The notes under the pieces were generated by a model. It worked only from the letters and a program-made list of their open reading frames with translations. It had not been told where the DNA came from and ran no database searches. Below are positions 30,888 through 38,922 of a stretch of 64,000 nucleotides of DNA, piece by piece. The DNA is taken from the NCBI GenBank assembly GCA_963792585.1, contig CAWBWI010000001.1, forward strand, positions 1,024,001 to 1,088,000, in the 5' to 3' direction. The stretch is from Candidatus Eiseniibacteriota bacterium (lineage in GTDB: Bacteria; Eisenbacteria; RBG-16-71-46; CAIMUX01; VGJL01). The position numbers and the translations under genes were made by a program. The stretch's first letter is position 1; every line of letters starts with the position of its first letter.

Positions 30888-31297
30888 TGGAGGTGGACAT
30901 GAGGTCATCGATGCGCGGTCCCGCGGTTGTGGCGGTCGTGGCGGTCCTGCTCATCGCGATTGCCTGGCTGACCCTCCAAGAGGGGAACATGGCGATCGCC
31001 AAACCGTCCGGGCCCGCGTCCGGGCAGATCCAACTGGTCTACGGGATCGGCGGCGTCCTGACCAAGGACGGCATGCTCTGGACCTACCGGCCGGACACCG
31101 GAAAGTGGTTGACCGTCGACGAGGCCTTCCTGGCGCAGGAGAAGACGACCCACGTTCTCCCGCTGCCGGTGCCCGCATCGTCGATTGCGCAGATGGAGAG
31201 CTTCGGCTTCCTGGTGACCGATGCGGGGAGTTGCTGGCTCTATGATTTGGAGAAGGACAAGTGGCTGGAAATCGGCGGGCCGCCCGCGCGGCATTGA
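30887..31297 (+). CDS. small membrane-anchored or secreted hypothetical protein
   Basis: N-terminal hydrophobic helix; two LWxYxxxxxKWL-like repeats. Confidence 0.6.
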   Translation: MEVDMRSSMRGPAVVAVVAVLLIAIAWLTLQEGNMAIAKPSGPASGQIQLVYGIGGVLTKDGMLWTYRPDTGKWLTVDEAFLAQEKTTHVLPLPVPASSIAQMESFGFLVTDAGSCWLYDLEKDKWLEIGGPPARH

Positions 31298-31358
31298 AGG
31301 CTCTTCCCGAGAAGCCTATCCTTGTGAGGCGTAGGGGCGATCCGAAGGAGGTGTTCCC

Positions 31359-32276
31359 ATGGTCCGTGTCCTGACTGCAGCCGTCTTGTTTGGCTTGCTC
31401 TTCGCGGGGCCGGCGCATGCGACCACGATTGGACTCGATGATGTGATCCGCATGCTGGAGGCCGGTGTCAGCGAGGATGTGATCCTCAAGGCGATCGATG
31501 CCGACGAGGCTCGGTTCGTCGTGACAACCGAGGACCTGATCGATCTGACCCAAGCGGGCGCGAGTGACGAATTCATCGAGGAGTTGCTGGATCGGAGCGC
31601 CGACTCGCAGGACGACGCCACGGATCTCGAGAGCACCTATCGCGTCCTCGAGCGACCCTACTCCACGTACGTCTCGATCGGCTGGGTCTACGATCCGTTC
31701 GACTACTACTTCGTCTCCTGGCCGTACTACTACGCCTGGGTGAACCCTTGGCATTTCGGCCACGCCTGGTGGTATTACGGCGGCCCCTACCACCACGACT
31801 GGTGCGGCTCCGGCGGCTACCGAGCCGACTACTACAACCGACACTGGGGCTCGCACACGGTCTGGGACCGCGGATACCGCGATGGCAGGTATCACGTCCC
31901 CACCTACCGGCCCAGCAAGGAGATTCGGACCGCCGGCCTGTACGATCGCAACGTTCGCGGACGATCCACGCGGGTTGACGGCAAGCCCAACCACACTTGG
32001 GGCCGTCCGTCGACGGAGCGTCGGGGGCGCGTATCCGAAGCGCCGCAGCGCCCGGGCGACCGGTCGACCTGGACGCGCCCGGCGCGTCCAAGCCGAGAGA
32101 CCCCGTCGACCAGGCCGTCCAGGGCCCCCGATGCTCGCTCCTCTCGCGGTAACGCATCGCCGTCGCGCAGTTCCGCCCCCGCCCGCGTGAGCGCCCCGCC
32201 GCGAGCGAGTTCCTCTCCATCGCGGCCCTCCGCGCCCTCGCGGCCGAGCCCCGCTCCGGCGAGGCCCAGCAGGTAG
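31359..32276 (+). CDS. secreted hypothetical protein with Tyr/Trp-rich core and Pro/Ser/Arg-rich tail
   Basis: AGGAGG RBS, signal peptide, acidic domain (DDVIRMLEAGVSEDVIL), aromatic-rich segment, low-complexity tail. Confidence 0.75.
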   Translation: MVRVLTAAVLFGLLFAGPAHATTIGLDDVIRMLEAGVSEDVILKAIDADEARFVVTTEDLIDLTQAGASDEFIEELLDRSADSQDDATDLESTYRVLERPYSTYVSIGWVYDPFDYYFVSWPYYYAWVNPWHFGHAWWYYGGPYHHDWCGSGGYRADYYNRHWGSHTVWDRGYRDGRYHVPTYRPSKEIRTAGLYDRNVRGRSTRVDGKPNHTWGRPSTERRGRVSEAPQRPGDRSTWTRPARPSRETPSTRPSRAPDARSSRGNASPSRSSAPARVSAPPRASSSPSRPSAPSRPSPAPARPSR

Positions 32277-32308
32277 AGAGGTCGAAGCGCCGACTGGCGG
32301 ATCGACTA

Positions 32309-32341
32309 AAGCCCCCGTCCCTGTTCAAGGGACGGGGGCTT
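32309..32341. terminator. intrinsic terminator (probably bidirectional)
   Basis: AAGCCCCCGTCCCT-gttca-AGGGACGGGGGCTT followed by CTTC, between convergent genes. Confidence 0.75.
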
Positions 32342-32383
32342 CTTCATCGAGTCGGTGTCGGGCGGCGCCGGGCCCTGCGGACT

Positions 32384-33103
32384 CTACCTGAAGAGTGTCC
32401 TGAGGCTCCCCCAACTCACCGGCAGGATCGGATCGGCCAGCTCACACTCGAATTCCTGGCTGGCGTCGTAGGGCACACCAAAGACCGTCTCCGCGGCTAC
32501 CCAGTTCGGATACCCGTAGTAGGCGCTCCGAAAGGCCGTATCGCACCCCGTCACGGCGGCCGCCGCCAGTCGCCCCATGAATGGCTCGATGGTCCCATGA
32601 TCCCCTGCCTGGGCCCCGAACCAGAGCTGCACGCTTGCGGTCACGGGTACGGAAACCGAAGCCTCGTAGACGAAGATCGGGTAGAACCCATTCTGGCAGT
32701 AGATGAAGGTCTCCCCCGCGAAATCGCCGACCACGTACTCGGCCAGCAGCGCGCCGGGCAAACATCCCGAGTCGTCATAGAATCGGAGATTCCAGGTGCT
32801 CGACAGATGGTGATCGCCGCATCCGTTCCCACCCCAGGAGCCTCCCCACCAGCGCGCCAGCGTGATGAGCCCTGAGTCGACCGGCAAGAAGTCGTTTGCG
32901 AGTTCCGTCTCCACACCGAGCTGCCCGGCGATCTCCGAAGACCCGAGCAGCCCCTCGAGATTCGGCGCTTCGCTCCAGCAAACATCCCGCCCACCGGCGA
33001 GTACATTCGAGCCGCCACCGCCGGCGGAGGGCGGAGACTGTCCGGCCGCAGCCGAACCCAACACTCCGAGACACAGAATCACATAGAGTGTGCGATTCTT
33101 CAT
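32384..33103 (-). CDS. secreted beta-rich protein, tandem paralog 1 (divergent), C-terminal SWGSLRTLFR
   Basis: Signal peptide; shares ETELANDF, LARWWGG, WNLRFYDD, YCQxGFYPIF, DASQEF with the three neighbours. Confidence 0.85.
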   Translation of the reverse strand: MKNRTLYVILCLGVLGSAAAGQSPPSAGGGGSNVLAGGRDVCWSEAPNLEGLLGSSEIAGQLGVETELANDFLPVDSGLITLARWWGGSWGGNGCGDHHLSSTWNLRFYDDSGCLPGALLAEYVVGDFAGETFIYCQNGFYPIFVYEASVSVPVTASVQLWFGAQAGDHGTIEPFMGRLAAAAVTGCDTAFRSAYYGYPNWVAAETVFGVPYDASQEFECELADPILPVSWGSLRTLFR

Positions 33104-33276
33104 GAAGCCACCCCCTCGCTGGGAACCACGGCAACGAGTCTACTCCGGTTTCGCGGATCGCGCCACCGGGACAAGAGGGGCGGCGACCCAGCTCGTTCCG
33201 TCACGGGAGACGCGACGTCACCGACGCAACGCGCCCAGCGCCGCCGGGCGATCCGCGCAGCGCGCGGCCCAATGCG

Positions 33277-33306
33277 GAAGCCCCCACCCTTTCGGGCGGG
33301 GGCTTC
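33277..33306 (-). terminator. terminator-like hairpin after paralog 2
   Basis: GC-rich stem with GAAA loop on the minus strand, 30 nt after the stop. Confidence 0.65.
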
Positions 33307-33336
33307 ATTGCCTACGTCAGACGTAGACGAAACGGA

Positions 33337-34050
33337 CTACCGGTAGAGCCCCTTGACGGCGCCCCACGTGGTGTCGTGCGTCGGAACCTCGCCGGCTCCG
33401 AATTCCTGGCTGGCGTCGAACGCGACACCGAACACATCGATGCCGGGCGTCCAGTCGGGATACGAGAAGTACACGCTCTTGAACACCGAGTCGCAGCCGG
33501 TGACGAAGCCAGCGGCAACGCGACCGCACTGCGGCGGGAACACATGGTCGGCAGCCTGCGCGCCGAACCAGTACAGGGTGTTTCCGGTGACCGGGAAGCT
33601 GACGGCAACTTCGTACTTGAAGATCGGGTAGAAGCCGCCCTGGCAGTAGACGTTCGTCTCGTTCGCGAAGGCGCCGAGATACTCGGCGAGCACCGTCAGA
33701 GGAACGCAGCCGCCGTCATCGTAGAACCGGAGGTTCCAGTTCGTCGCGTAGCCGATATCGCCACAGCCGTTGTTGTTCCAGTAACCACCCCACCAGCGCG
33801 CGAGGTCGATCACGTTGTCAGCTGTGAGGAAGAAATCGTTGGCGAGTTCCGTCTCGAGGCCCACGGAACCGATGACTTCCGACGACGCGATGAGACCCTC
33901 GAGGTCCACCGGCTCACTCCAGACGATGTCACGGCCCGAGTTGACGACGTTCTGCGTGCCACCGCCGCCAGCCATGAGGCTGGGGTTGATGGCGAGCGCG
34001 CTGCCAGCGACGACGAAGCTCAACGCCACGACAAAAGCAATCTTCTTCAT
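33337..34050 (-). CDS. secreted beta-rich protein, tandem paralog 2, C-terminal TTWGAVKGLYR
   Basis: GGAGG then MKKIAFVVALSFVVAGSALA signal peptide; near-identical to paralogs 3 and 4. Confidence 0.88.
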   Translation of the reverse strand: MKKIAFVVALSFVVAGSALAINPSLMAGGGGTQNVVNSGRDIVWSEPVDLEGLIASSEVIGSVGLETELANDFFLTADNVIDLARWWGGYWNNNGCGDIGYATNWNLRFYDDGGCVPLTVLAEYLGAFANETNVYCQGGFYPIFKYEVAVSFPVTGNTLYWFGAQAADHVFPPQCGRVAAGFVTGCDSVFKSVYFSYPDWTPGIDVFGVAFDASQEFGAGEVPTHDTTWGAVKGLYR

Positions 34051-34229
34051 GATGAGGGATTCCTCCATTGTCAGGACACGTTTGCACCAAGGTTCGTTAC
34101 CTACAGACGGTTCCAGGTACGCCAAGCCCTGTAACACAGAGCCATCGTCCCCGGTGCACCCCGCATTCGCGGGGTTCGTTCCGTTGGACGGACCCCCTAC
34201 CCCGTCGCCGGATCGGTCTAGGAGATCGC
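34051..34229 (-). promoter_or_regulatory. conserved structured 5' leader, copy A
   Basis: Highly similar to 35095-35276; hairpin ACCCCGC-GAAU-GCGGGGU (34158-34175) inside a larger stem. Confidence 0.65.
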
Positions 34230-34235
34230 GGGATC

Positions 34236-34264
34236 AGTATGGGCCCCGGCGGGGCATTGATCAA
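34236..34264 (-). promoter_or_regulatory. sigma70-type promoter of paralog 2
   Basis: TTGATC-N17-CATACT with an upstream A-tract. Confidence 0.7.
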
Positions 34265-34319
34265 CATATTTTTTCGTTGATATCAGGCAATGAGGGGTGG
34301 TGGGGGCGGATGGGCAAAG

Positions 34320-34347
34320 GGGTCCCTTGCCCGAAGGCAAGGGACCC
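34320..34347 (-). terminator. terminator hairpin after paralog 3
   Basis: GGGTCCCTTGCC-TTCG-GGCAAGGGACCC (cUUCGg loop) followed by CTTT on the minus strand. Confidence 0.75.
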
Positions 34348-34377
34348 GATTGGTACAGCAGCACTTAGACTATCAGA

Positions 34378-35094
34378 CTACCGGTAGAGCCCCTTGATGG
34401 CGCCCCACGTGGTGCTGTTCGTCGGGGTATCACAGTTCGCCTCGAACTCCTGGCTGGCGTCGAACGCAACACCGAACACGTCGATGCCGGGCGTCCAGTC
34501 GGGGTACGAGAAGTAGGCACTCTTGAACACCGAGTCGCAGCCGACGACGCCGCCGGAGGCAACGCGACCGACCTGCGGCGGGAACGCGTGGTCCGCACAC
34601 TGCGCGCCGAACCAGTAGAGGGTGTTCGCGGTCACCGGGACGCTGACTCCAACCTGGTACACGAAGATCGGGTAGAAGCCGCCCTGGCAGTAGACGTTCG
34701 TCTCATTCGCGAAGGCGCCGAGGTACTCGGCAACCGTGCTCAGAGGAACGCAGCCGCCGTCATCGTAGAACCGAAGGTTCCAGTTCGTCCCGTAGCCGAC
34801 ATCGCCGCAGCCGTTGTTGTTGTAGTAACCACCCCACCAGCGGGCGAGGCAGAGGGTGGCATCAGAGGTGAGGTAGAAATCGTTGGCGATTTCCGTCTCG
34901 AGGCCCACGGAACCGATGACTTCCGACGACGCGATGAGGCCCTCGAGGTCGACCGGCTCGCTCCAGACCACGTTACGGCCGGAGTTGACGATGTTCTGCG
35001 TGCCACCGCCGCCCGCCATGAGGCTGGGGTTGATGGCGAGCGCGCTGCCAGCGACGACGAAGCTCAGAGCGAGCACAAAAGCAATCTTCTTCAT
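34378..35094 (-). CDS. secreted beta-rich protein, tandem paralog 3, C-terminal TTWGAIKGLYR
   Basis: Same architecture as paralog 2; ATG at 35094 after GGAGG. Confidence 0.88.
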   Translation of the reverse strand: MKKIAFVLALSFVVAGSALAINPSLMAGGGGTQNIVNSGRNVVWSEPVDLEGLIASSEVIGSVGLETEIANDFYLTSDATLCLARWWGGYYNNNGCGDVGYGTNWNLRFYDDGGCVPLSTVAEYLGAFANETNVYCQGGFYPIFVYQVGVSVPVTANTLYWFGAQCADHAFPPQVGRVASGGVVGCDSVFKSAYFSYPDWTPGIDVFGVAFDASQEFEANCDTPTNSTTWGAIKGLYR

Positions 35095-35276
35095 GATGAG
35101 GAATTCCTCCATTGTCAGCTAATACGTTTCCACCAAGTTTTGTTGCCTTCAGACCGTTCCCAGGCACGCTCAGCCCCGTAACACAGAGCTACCGTCCCCG
35201 GTACACCCCGCGTTCGCGGGGCTCGTTCCGTTGGACTGACCCCCCATCCCGTCGCCGGATCGGTCCAGGAGGTCGC
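35095..35276 (-). promoter_or_regulatory. conserved structured 5' leader, copy B
   Basis: Direct repeat of 34051-34229 with scattered substitutions; hairpin at 35205-35222. Confidence 0.65.
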
Positions 35277-35282
35277 GATATC

Positions 35283-35311
35283 AGTATGCAATCGTCTAAG
35301 GCTGTGGTCAA
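35283..35311 (-). promoter_or_regulatory. sigma70-type promoter of paralog 3
   Basis: TTGACC-N17-CATACT with an A7 tract upstream. Confidence 0.75.
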
Positions 35312-35365
35312 GTTTTTTTATCGTGCAAATCGGGGAATGGCCGCTCTCGGGGTCTGTTTAACAGA

Positions 35366-35395
35366 CGGATCCCCCGCCCGAAGGCAGGGGATCCG
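35366..35395 (-). terminator. terminator hairpin after paralog 4
   Basis: CGGATCCCCTGCC-TTCG-GGCGGGGGATCCG on the minus strand; homologous to the 34320-34347 hairpin with compensatory changes. Confidence 0.75.
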
Positions 35396-35424
35396 CTTGG
35401 TACAAACTAACTTAGAGGATCAGA

Positions 35425-36138
35425 CTACCGGTAGAGCCCCTTGATGGCGCCCCAGGTGGTGCTGTTCGTCGGGACCGGGCCGGCCTCGAACTCCTGGCTG
35501 GCGTCGAACGCGACACCGAACACGTCGATGCCGGGCGTCCAGTCGGGATACGCGAAGTAGACACTCTTGAACACCGAGTCGCAACCGACGACGCCGCCGG
35601 AAGCAACGCGACCGCACTGCGGCGGGAACGCATGGTCGGCAACCTGCGCACCGAACCAGTACAGGGTGTTGCCGGTGATCGGCATGCTGACGGCAGCTTG
35701 ATACGAGAAGATCGGGTAGAAGCCACCCTGGCAATAAACGTTGGTCTCGTTCGCGAAGGCGCCGAGGTACTCGGCAAGCACCGTCAGCGGAACGCAGCCA
35801 CCGTCATCGTAGAACCGAAGGTTCCAGGTCGTCGCGTAGCCGACATCGCCGCAACCGTTGTTGTTCCAGTAACCACCCCACCAGCGGGCGAGGGTGATCG
35901 TGTTATCAGCGCCGAGGAAGAAATCGTTGGCGAGTTCCGTCTCGAGGCCCACGGAACCGATGACTTCCGACGACGCGATGAGACCCTCGAGGTCCACCGG
36001 CTCGCTCCAGACCACGTCACGGCCGGAGTTGACGACGTTCTGCGTGCCGCCGCCGCCAGCCATGAGGCTGGGGTTGATGGCGAGCGCGCTACCAGCGACG
36101 ACGAAGCTCAACGCCACGACAAAAGCAAACTTCTTCAT
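35425..36138 (-). CDS. secreted beta-rich protein, tandem paralog 4, C-terminal TTWGAIKGLYR
   Basis: MKKFAFVVALSFVVAGSALA signal peptide after GGAGG. Confidence 0.88.
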   Translation of the reverse strand: MKKFAFVVALSFVVAGSALAINPSLMAGGGGTQNVVNSGRDVVWSEPVDLEGLIASSEVIGSVGLETELANDFFLGADNTITLARWWGGYWNNNGCGDVGYATTWNLRFYDDGGCVPLTVLAEYLGAFANETNVYCQGGFYPIFSYQAAVSMPITGNTLYWFGAQVADHAFPPQCGRVASGGVVGCDSVFKSVYFAYPDWTPGIDVFGVAFDASQEFEAGPVPTNSTTWGAIKGLYR

Positions 36139-36325
36139 GAGTGGGATTCCTCCAAGCTTTGATGAAAAACCAGGTGATGAGCACCTTTTCACATGTCATG
36201 GACACGGGCGACGATGGGATTCCGTAATAGGGAAACCTCGCCTTGGATCCCTCGCCGAAGCGAGGCCCGCTCTTGTCGATCCAGGGCCCTCCACGCCGCT
36301 CGCCGGAGACGGTATGTTTGGCCCT
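36139..36325 (-). promoter_or_regulatory. structured 5' leader, copy C (diverged)
   Basis: Similar length, TCCGGCGA at the same offset from the -10 box, nested hairpin CCUCGC-UUCG-GCGAGG (36250-36265). Confidence 0.5.
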
Positions 36326-36331
36326 GTACCG

Positions 36332-36360
36332 ATTATGGGACATCGCGCTTCGATAAGCAA
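36332..36360 (-). promoter_or_regulatory. sigma70-type promoter of paralog 4
   Basis: TTGCTT-N17-CATAAT with an AT-rich upstream region. Confidence 0.65.
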
Positions 36361-36477
36361 CGAAATTTCACATATTGTCGTGTCATATCAGGCCATACTC
36401 GGAATTCAACAGTAGTGGCACGGGGAATAGTCGTGGATCTTGCTTGCTTGCAATAGGATATCGATTCGCACGAGGGT

Positions 36478-37521
36478 CTACTCAGCACTCTCCCGGTACC
36501 CAATCTCGGGGCAATCCAGCCCGGGCGGGTGCCCGCCGCGTCGGCATGGAGAGCTCGCGGAAGGGGTGAAGTCACCGGCGGCCGGGTCGGTGAATTGTGG
36601 GTCTGCATTGAAGTTACCGTTGCCGGCGGTCAGGCACCCGGCCAGGTCGTCCCCCCCCGCATTCCCGAATATATCGCAGCAGCGCATGAATACCTTTGCG
36701 GGCGAGCTGCAGGAGAGCGCCTCTCCGGACCGACAAGACGCGATGATAGTATTCCGTATCGTCATCTCTCCCTGGCTCGACCAGATCCCCCCGCTGGATT
36801 CGAGGCCGGCGTTTTCGAAGAACGTCCCCTGGTCCAGCGTGAGGGACGAGTTCAGGCACCAGAGCCCCCCGCCCCGCTTGGCAGTGTTCCGGACGAAGAG
36901 CACATTCGACACCTCGGCAGAGCAGAACGACTTCACGCCGAGCCCGCCGCCGTTGTTGACGGCGGCGTTGTCGATGAATCGCATGTTGATCAGTTTCGGT
37001 GAGGATCTCAGATAGCAGACCATGCCTCCGCCGAAGTGGTCCGAGCGATTGTTGACGAGCCAGCAATCCGCGATCGTCGGGGAGGCGCCCAGGCAGAGGA
37101 TCCCACCACCGTAGTTCGCGGGGAGCCGACCCTCCACGTAACCCCCGGTGATGGTGAATCCCTGAATGCGTGTCTCTCGGCCCTCGCCTTCGTGGATGAA
37201 CAGACCGCGGTGCGGTTCCCCCGGACGGCCCTGACAATCGAGGATCGTCATCCCGGGGCCGCCGCCCCCGAGGAGCACGATGGACTTCCCGCGGAGCTCG
37301 ATGTCACGGTTCCCCGGTCCCACATACGTTCCCGGTCCGACGAGCACGGTGTCGCCGTCGCCGGCCGCGTTGATCGCCTCCTGGATCGTCTGCCGATCGT
37401 CATCGCCCTCGGCATGGACCTTCAACGTCGCTGCCTCGGCCGCGGCGGGAGCAAGAGCCAGCGCTGCGAAGATCAGGGGCGGAATACACTTCCACGGCAT
37501 TCGCAACGCAGGGATCATCAT
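36478..37521 (-). CDS. secreted right-handed parallel beta-helix (pectin-lyase-like / Pmp-repeat) protein
   Basis: TIQEAINAAGDGDTVLVGPGTY, repeated N.A..GGG..C motifs, ADPQF...DF.....SPC; start uncertain (37500-37620). Confidence 0.82.
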   Translation of the reverse strand: MMIPALRMPWKCIPPLIFAALALAPAAAEAATLKVHAEGDDDRQTIQEAINAAGDGDTVLVGPGTYVGPGNRDIELRGKSIVLLGGGGPGMTILDCQGRPGEPHRGLFIHEGEGRETRIQGFTITGGYVEGRLPANYGGGILCLGASPTIADCWLVNNRSDHFGGGMVCYLRSSPKLINMRFIDNAAVNNGGGLGVKSFCSAEVSNVLFVRNTAKRGGGLWCLNSSLTLDQGTFFENAGLESSGGIWSSQGEMTIRNTIIASCRSGEALSCSSPAKVFMRCCDIFGNAGGDDLAGCLTAGNGNFNADPQFTDPAAGDFTPSASSPCRRGGHPPGLDCPEIGYRESAE

Positions 37522-37534
37522 GCTTGTTCCGATC

Positions 37535-38905
37535 TCAGCGCCAGATACGACGACTGGCGAACCCGAAGTTCGTACCCTCGATCCGCCGGAGAGGAATCGC
37601 CTCTTCGCGGACCCTGCCACTTTCGCCCCATCCTACGCGGATTGTGTCGGTAGCCGCAGGCAGATCGATCACGGCCATCGAGATCTCCCGGGGCAGCGTC
37701 AACCAGGTGCGTGTCTCGGCGCGCTCGGTCGCGGCCCCGAGCAGGTTCGCCAGCATGCCGCCGACATCCCCGCCCGCCTGCTGGGCCTGACGCTTGGCCC
37801 CGAACTTCAACAACGCTCGAATCGCCGTTCGCGCCATGATCGATGGCATGTCCCGGTTGAGTTGCCCTCGGGCCAGCAATGCCACATCCGCGGCCGGGAA
37901 CGCGTCGACCTCGACTTCCTTCCAGCCTCCGCACGCGGCCAGCGGCCGGAGATGGTCCGGACCGTATGTTGGAACGGCAAGCGACAACCAGTAGTCGATC
38001 TCGACCGGTTCGTATCGGCAGCGGCCATCCCGCAGGCATCCTACCCGATCTCCCACGATTGGCCCGAGGGATGCGGCGTCCTTCCCCGACTCGACCTTCA
38101 AGATCGGGACGTCGAGACGGACCTCCTCCCTGGGAGGCACGAAACCCTGTTCGAAGTAGACGATCGCAGTGAATGGGGCCGCGCCACCGATGGCCTGATC
38201 CTCCCCGGCCGGACCGAGGAGGTCATCGAGGTCGACACCGCTTCCGCGAGCCAGCCGCCGCATCCTGCGAGGCAGCCAGGAGGAGAAGGCCACCGTATCC
38301 CCACCCGCATGCGCGGCATCCACGTAGAGCCGGCGGAAGATACGGAGCGCATCATCCCGATTGCCCGCCACCTCCTGTAGGAGCCCGGCGGTGAGATAGG
38401 TCACCGGAATCCAATCGCGGATCTCCCCACCGGAGGCATCTTGGAGTTCGTCGAGCAACCGCTCGATTCTCCTCGCCTCGACCACCGCACCCTCGAGGTC
38501 TCCGCTCTCGGCGTAGTTCCGCGCTAGGAACGTGCGCGCGAGCAGGCGCTCATACGGAGCGGGCCGGTAGGGGCGAATTCGATCGCTCGTCAGGAGGGAG
38601 GCCGCCTCGTTGCTGACGCTGCGCGTGTAGAGGTCCTCCGCGATTCGGTCGGCATCGTCGAACGCGCGGGTGCTTTCATCGAACCGTCCCTCCACCCGGA
38701 GCAACAGGGCTCGTTCGAGCTGATAGAGCGCATCATCCTCTCGTGGAGAACGATCGAGCTGCGCGAGCGCGGCGGCGGCGTCGCCCCGGGAGAGCTGGTC
38801 CAGGACGGGCTGCATCCCGCTGCGGTAGGGGGCGCAGCCGGAGAGGATCGCCGCGATCGGCAGGAGCACACCGAACGCGACGGCGGAGCGGCGAAGACGA
38901 GACAA
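37535..38905 (-). CDS. COG3014-like lipoprotein
   Basis: TTG start after GGGGAG, lipobox LSGC, YRPAPYE, AVVEARR, TERAETRTWLTLP; follows lpoB. Confidence 0.75.
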   Translation of the reverse strand: MSRLRRSAVAFGVLLPIAAILSGCAPYRSGMQPVLDQLSRGDAAAALAQLDRSPREDDALYQLERALLLRVEGRFDESTRAFDDADRIAEDLYTRSVSNEAASLLTSDRIRPYRPAPYERLLARTFLARNYAESGDLEGAVVEARRIERLLDELQDASGGEIRDWIPVTYLTAGLLQEVAGNRDDALRIFRRLYVDAAHAGGDTVAFSSWLPRRMRRLARGSGVDLDDLLGPAGEDQAIGGAAPFTAIVYFEQGFVPPREEVRLDVPILKVESGKDAASLGPIVGDRVGCLRDGRCRYEPVEIDYWLSLAVPTYGPDHLRPLAACGGWKEVEVDAFPAADVALLARGQLNRDMPSIMARTAIRALLKFGAKRQAQQAGGDVGGMLANLLGAATERAETRTWLTLPREISMAVIDLPAATDTIRVGWGESGRVREEAIPLRRIEGTNFGFASRRIWR

Positions 38906-38922
38906 AGGAACGTGTCTCCCCG

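Noticed and set aside
34051..34229. Leader as a known riboswitch (c-di-GMP, c-di-AMP/ydaO, SAM, TPP, cobalamin) or tRNA
   Set aside because: No diagnostic consensus or cloverleaf recognised by eye; kept as an unknown element pending an Rfam search.
32384..36360. Tandem near-identical repeats as a diversity-generating retroelement or CRISPR array
   Set aside because: The units are whole genes with promoters. There is no reverse transcriptase, no apparent adenine-specific TR/VR pattern, no short repeat-spacer periodicity and no cas gene.
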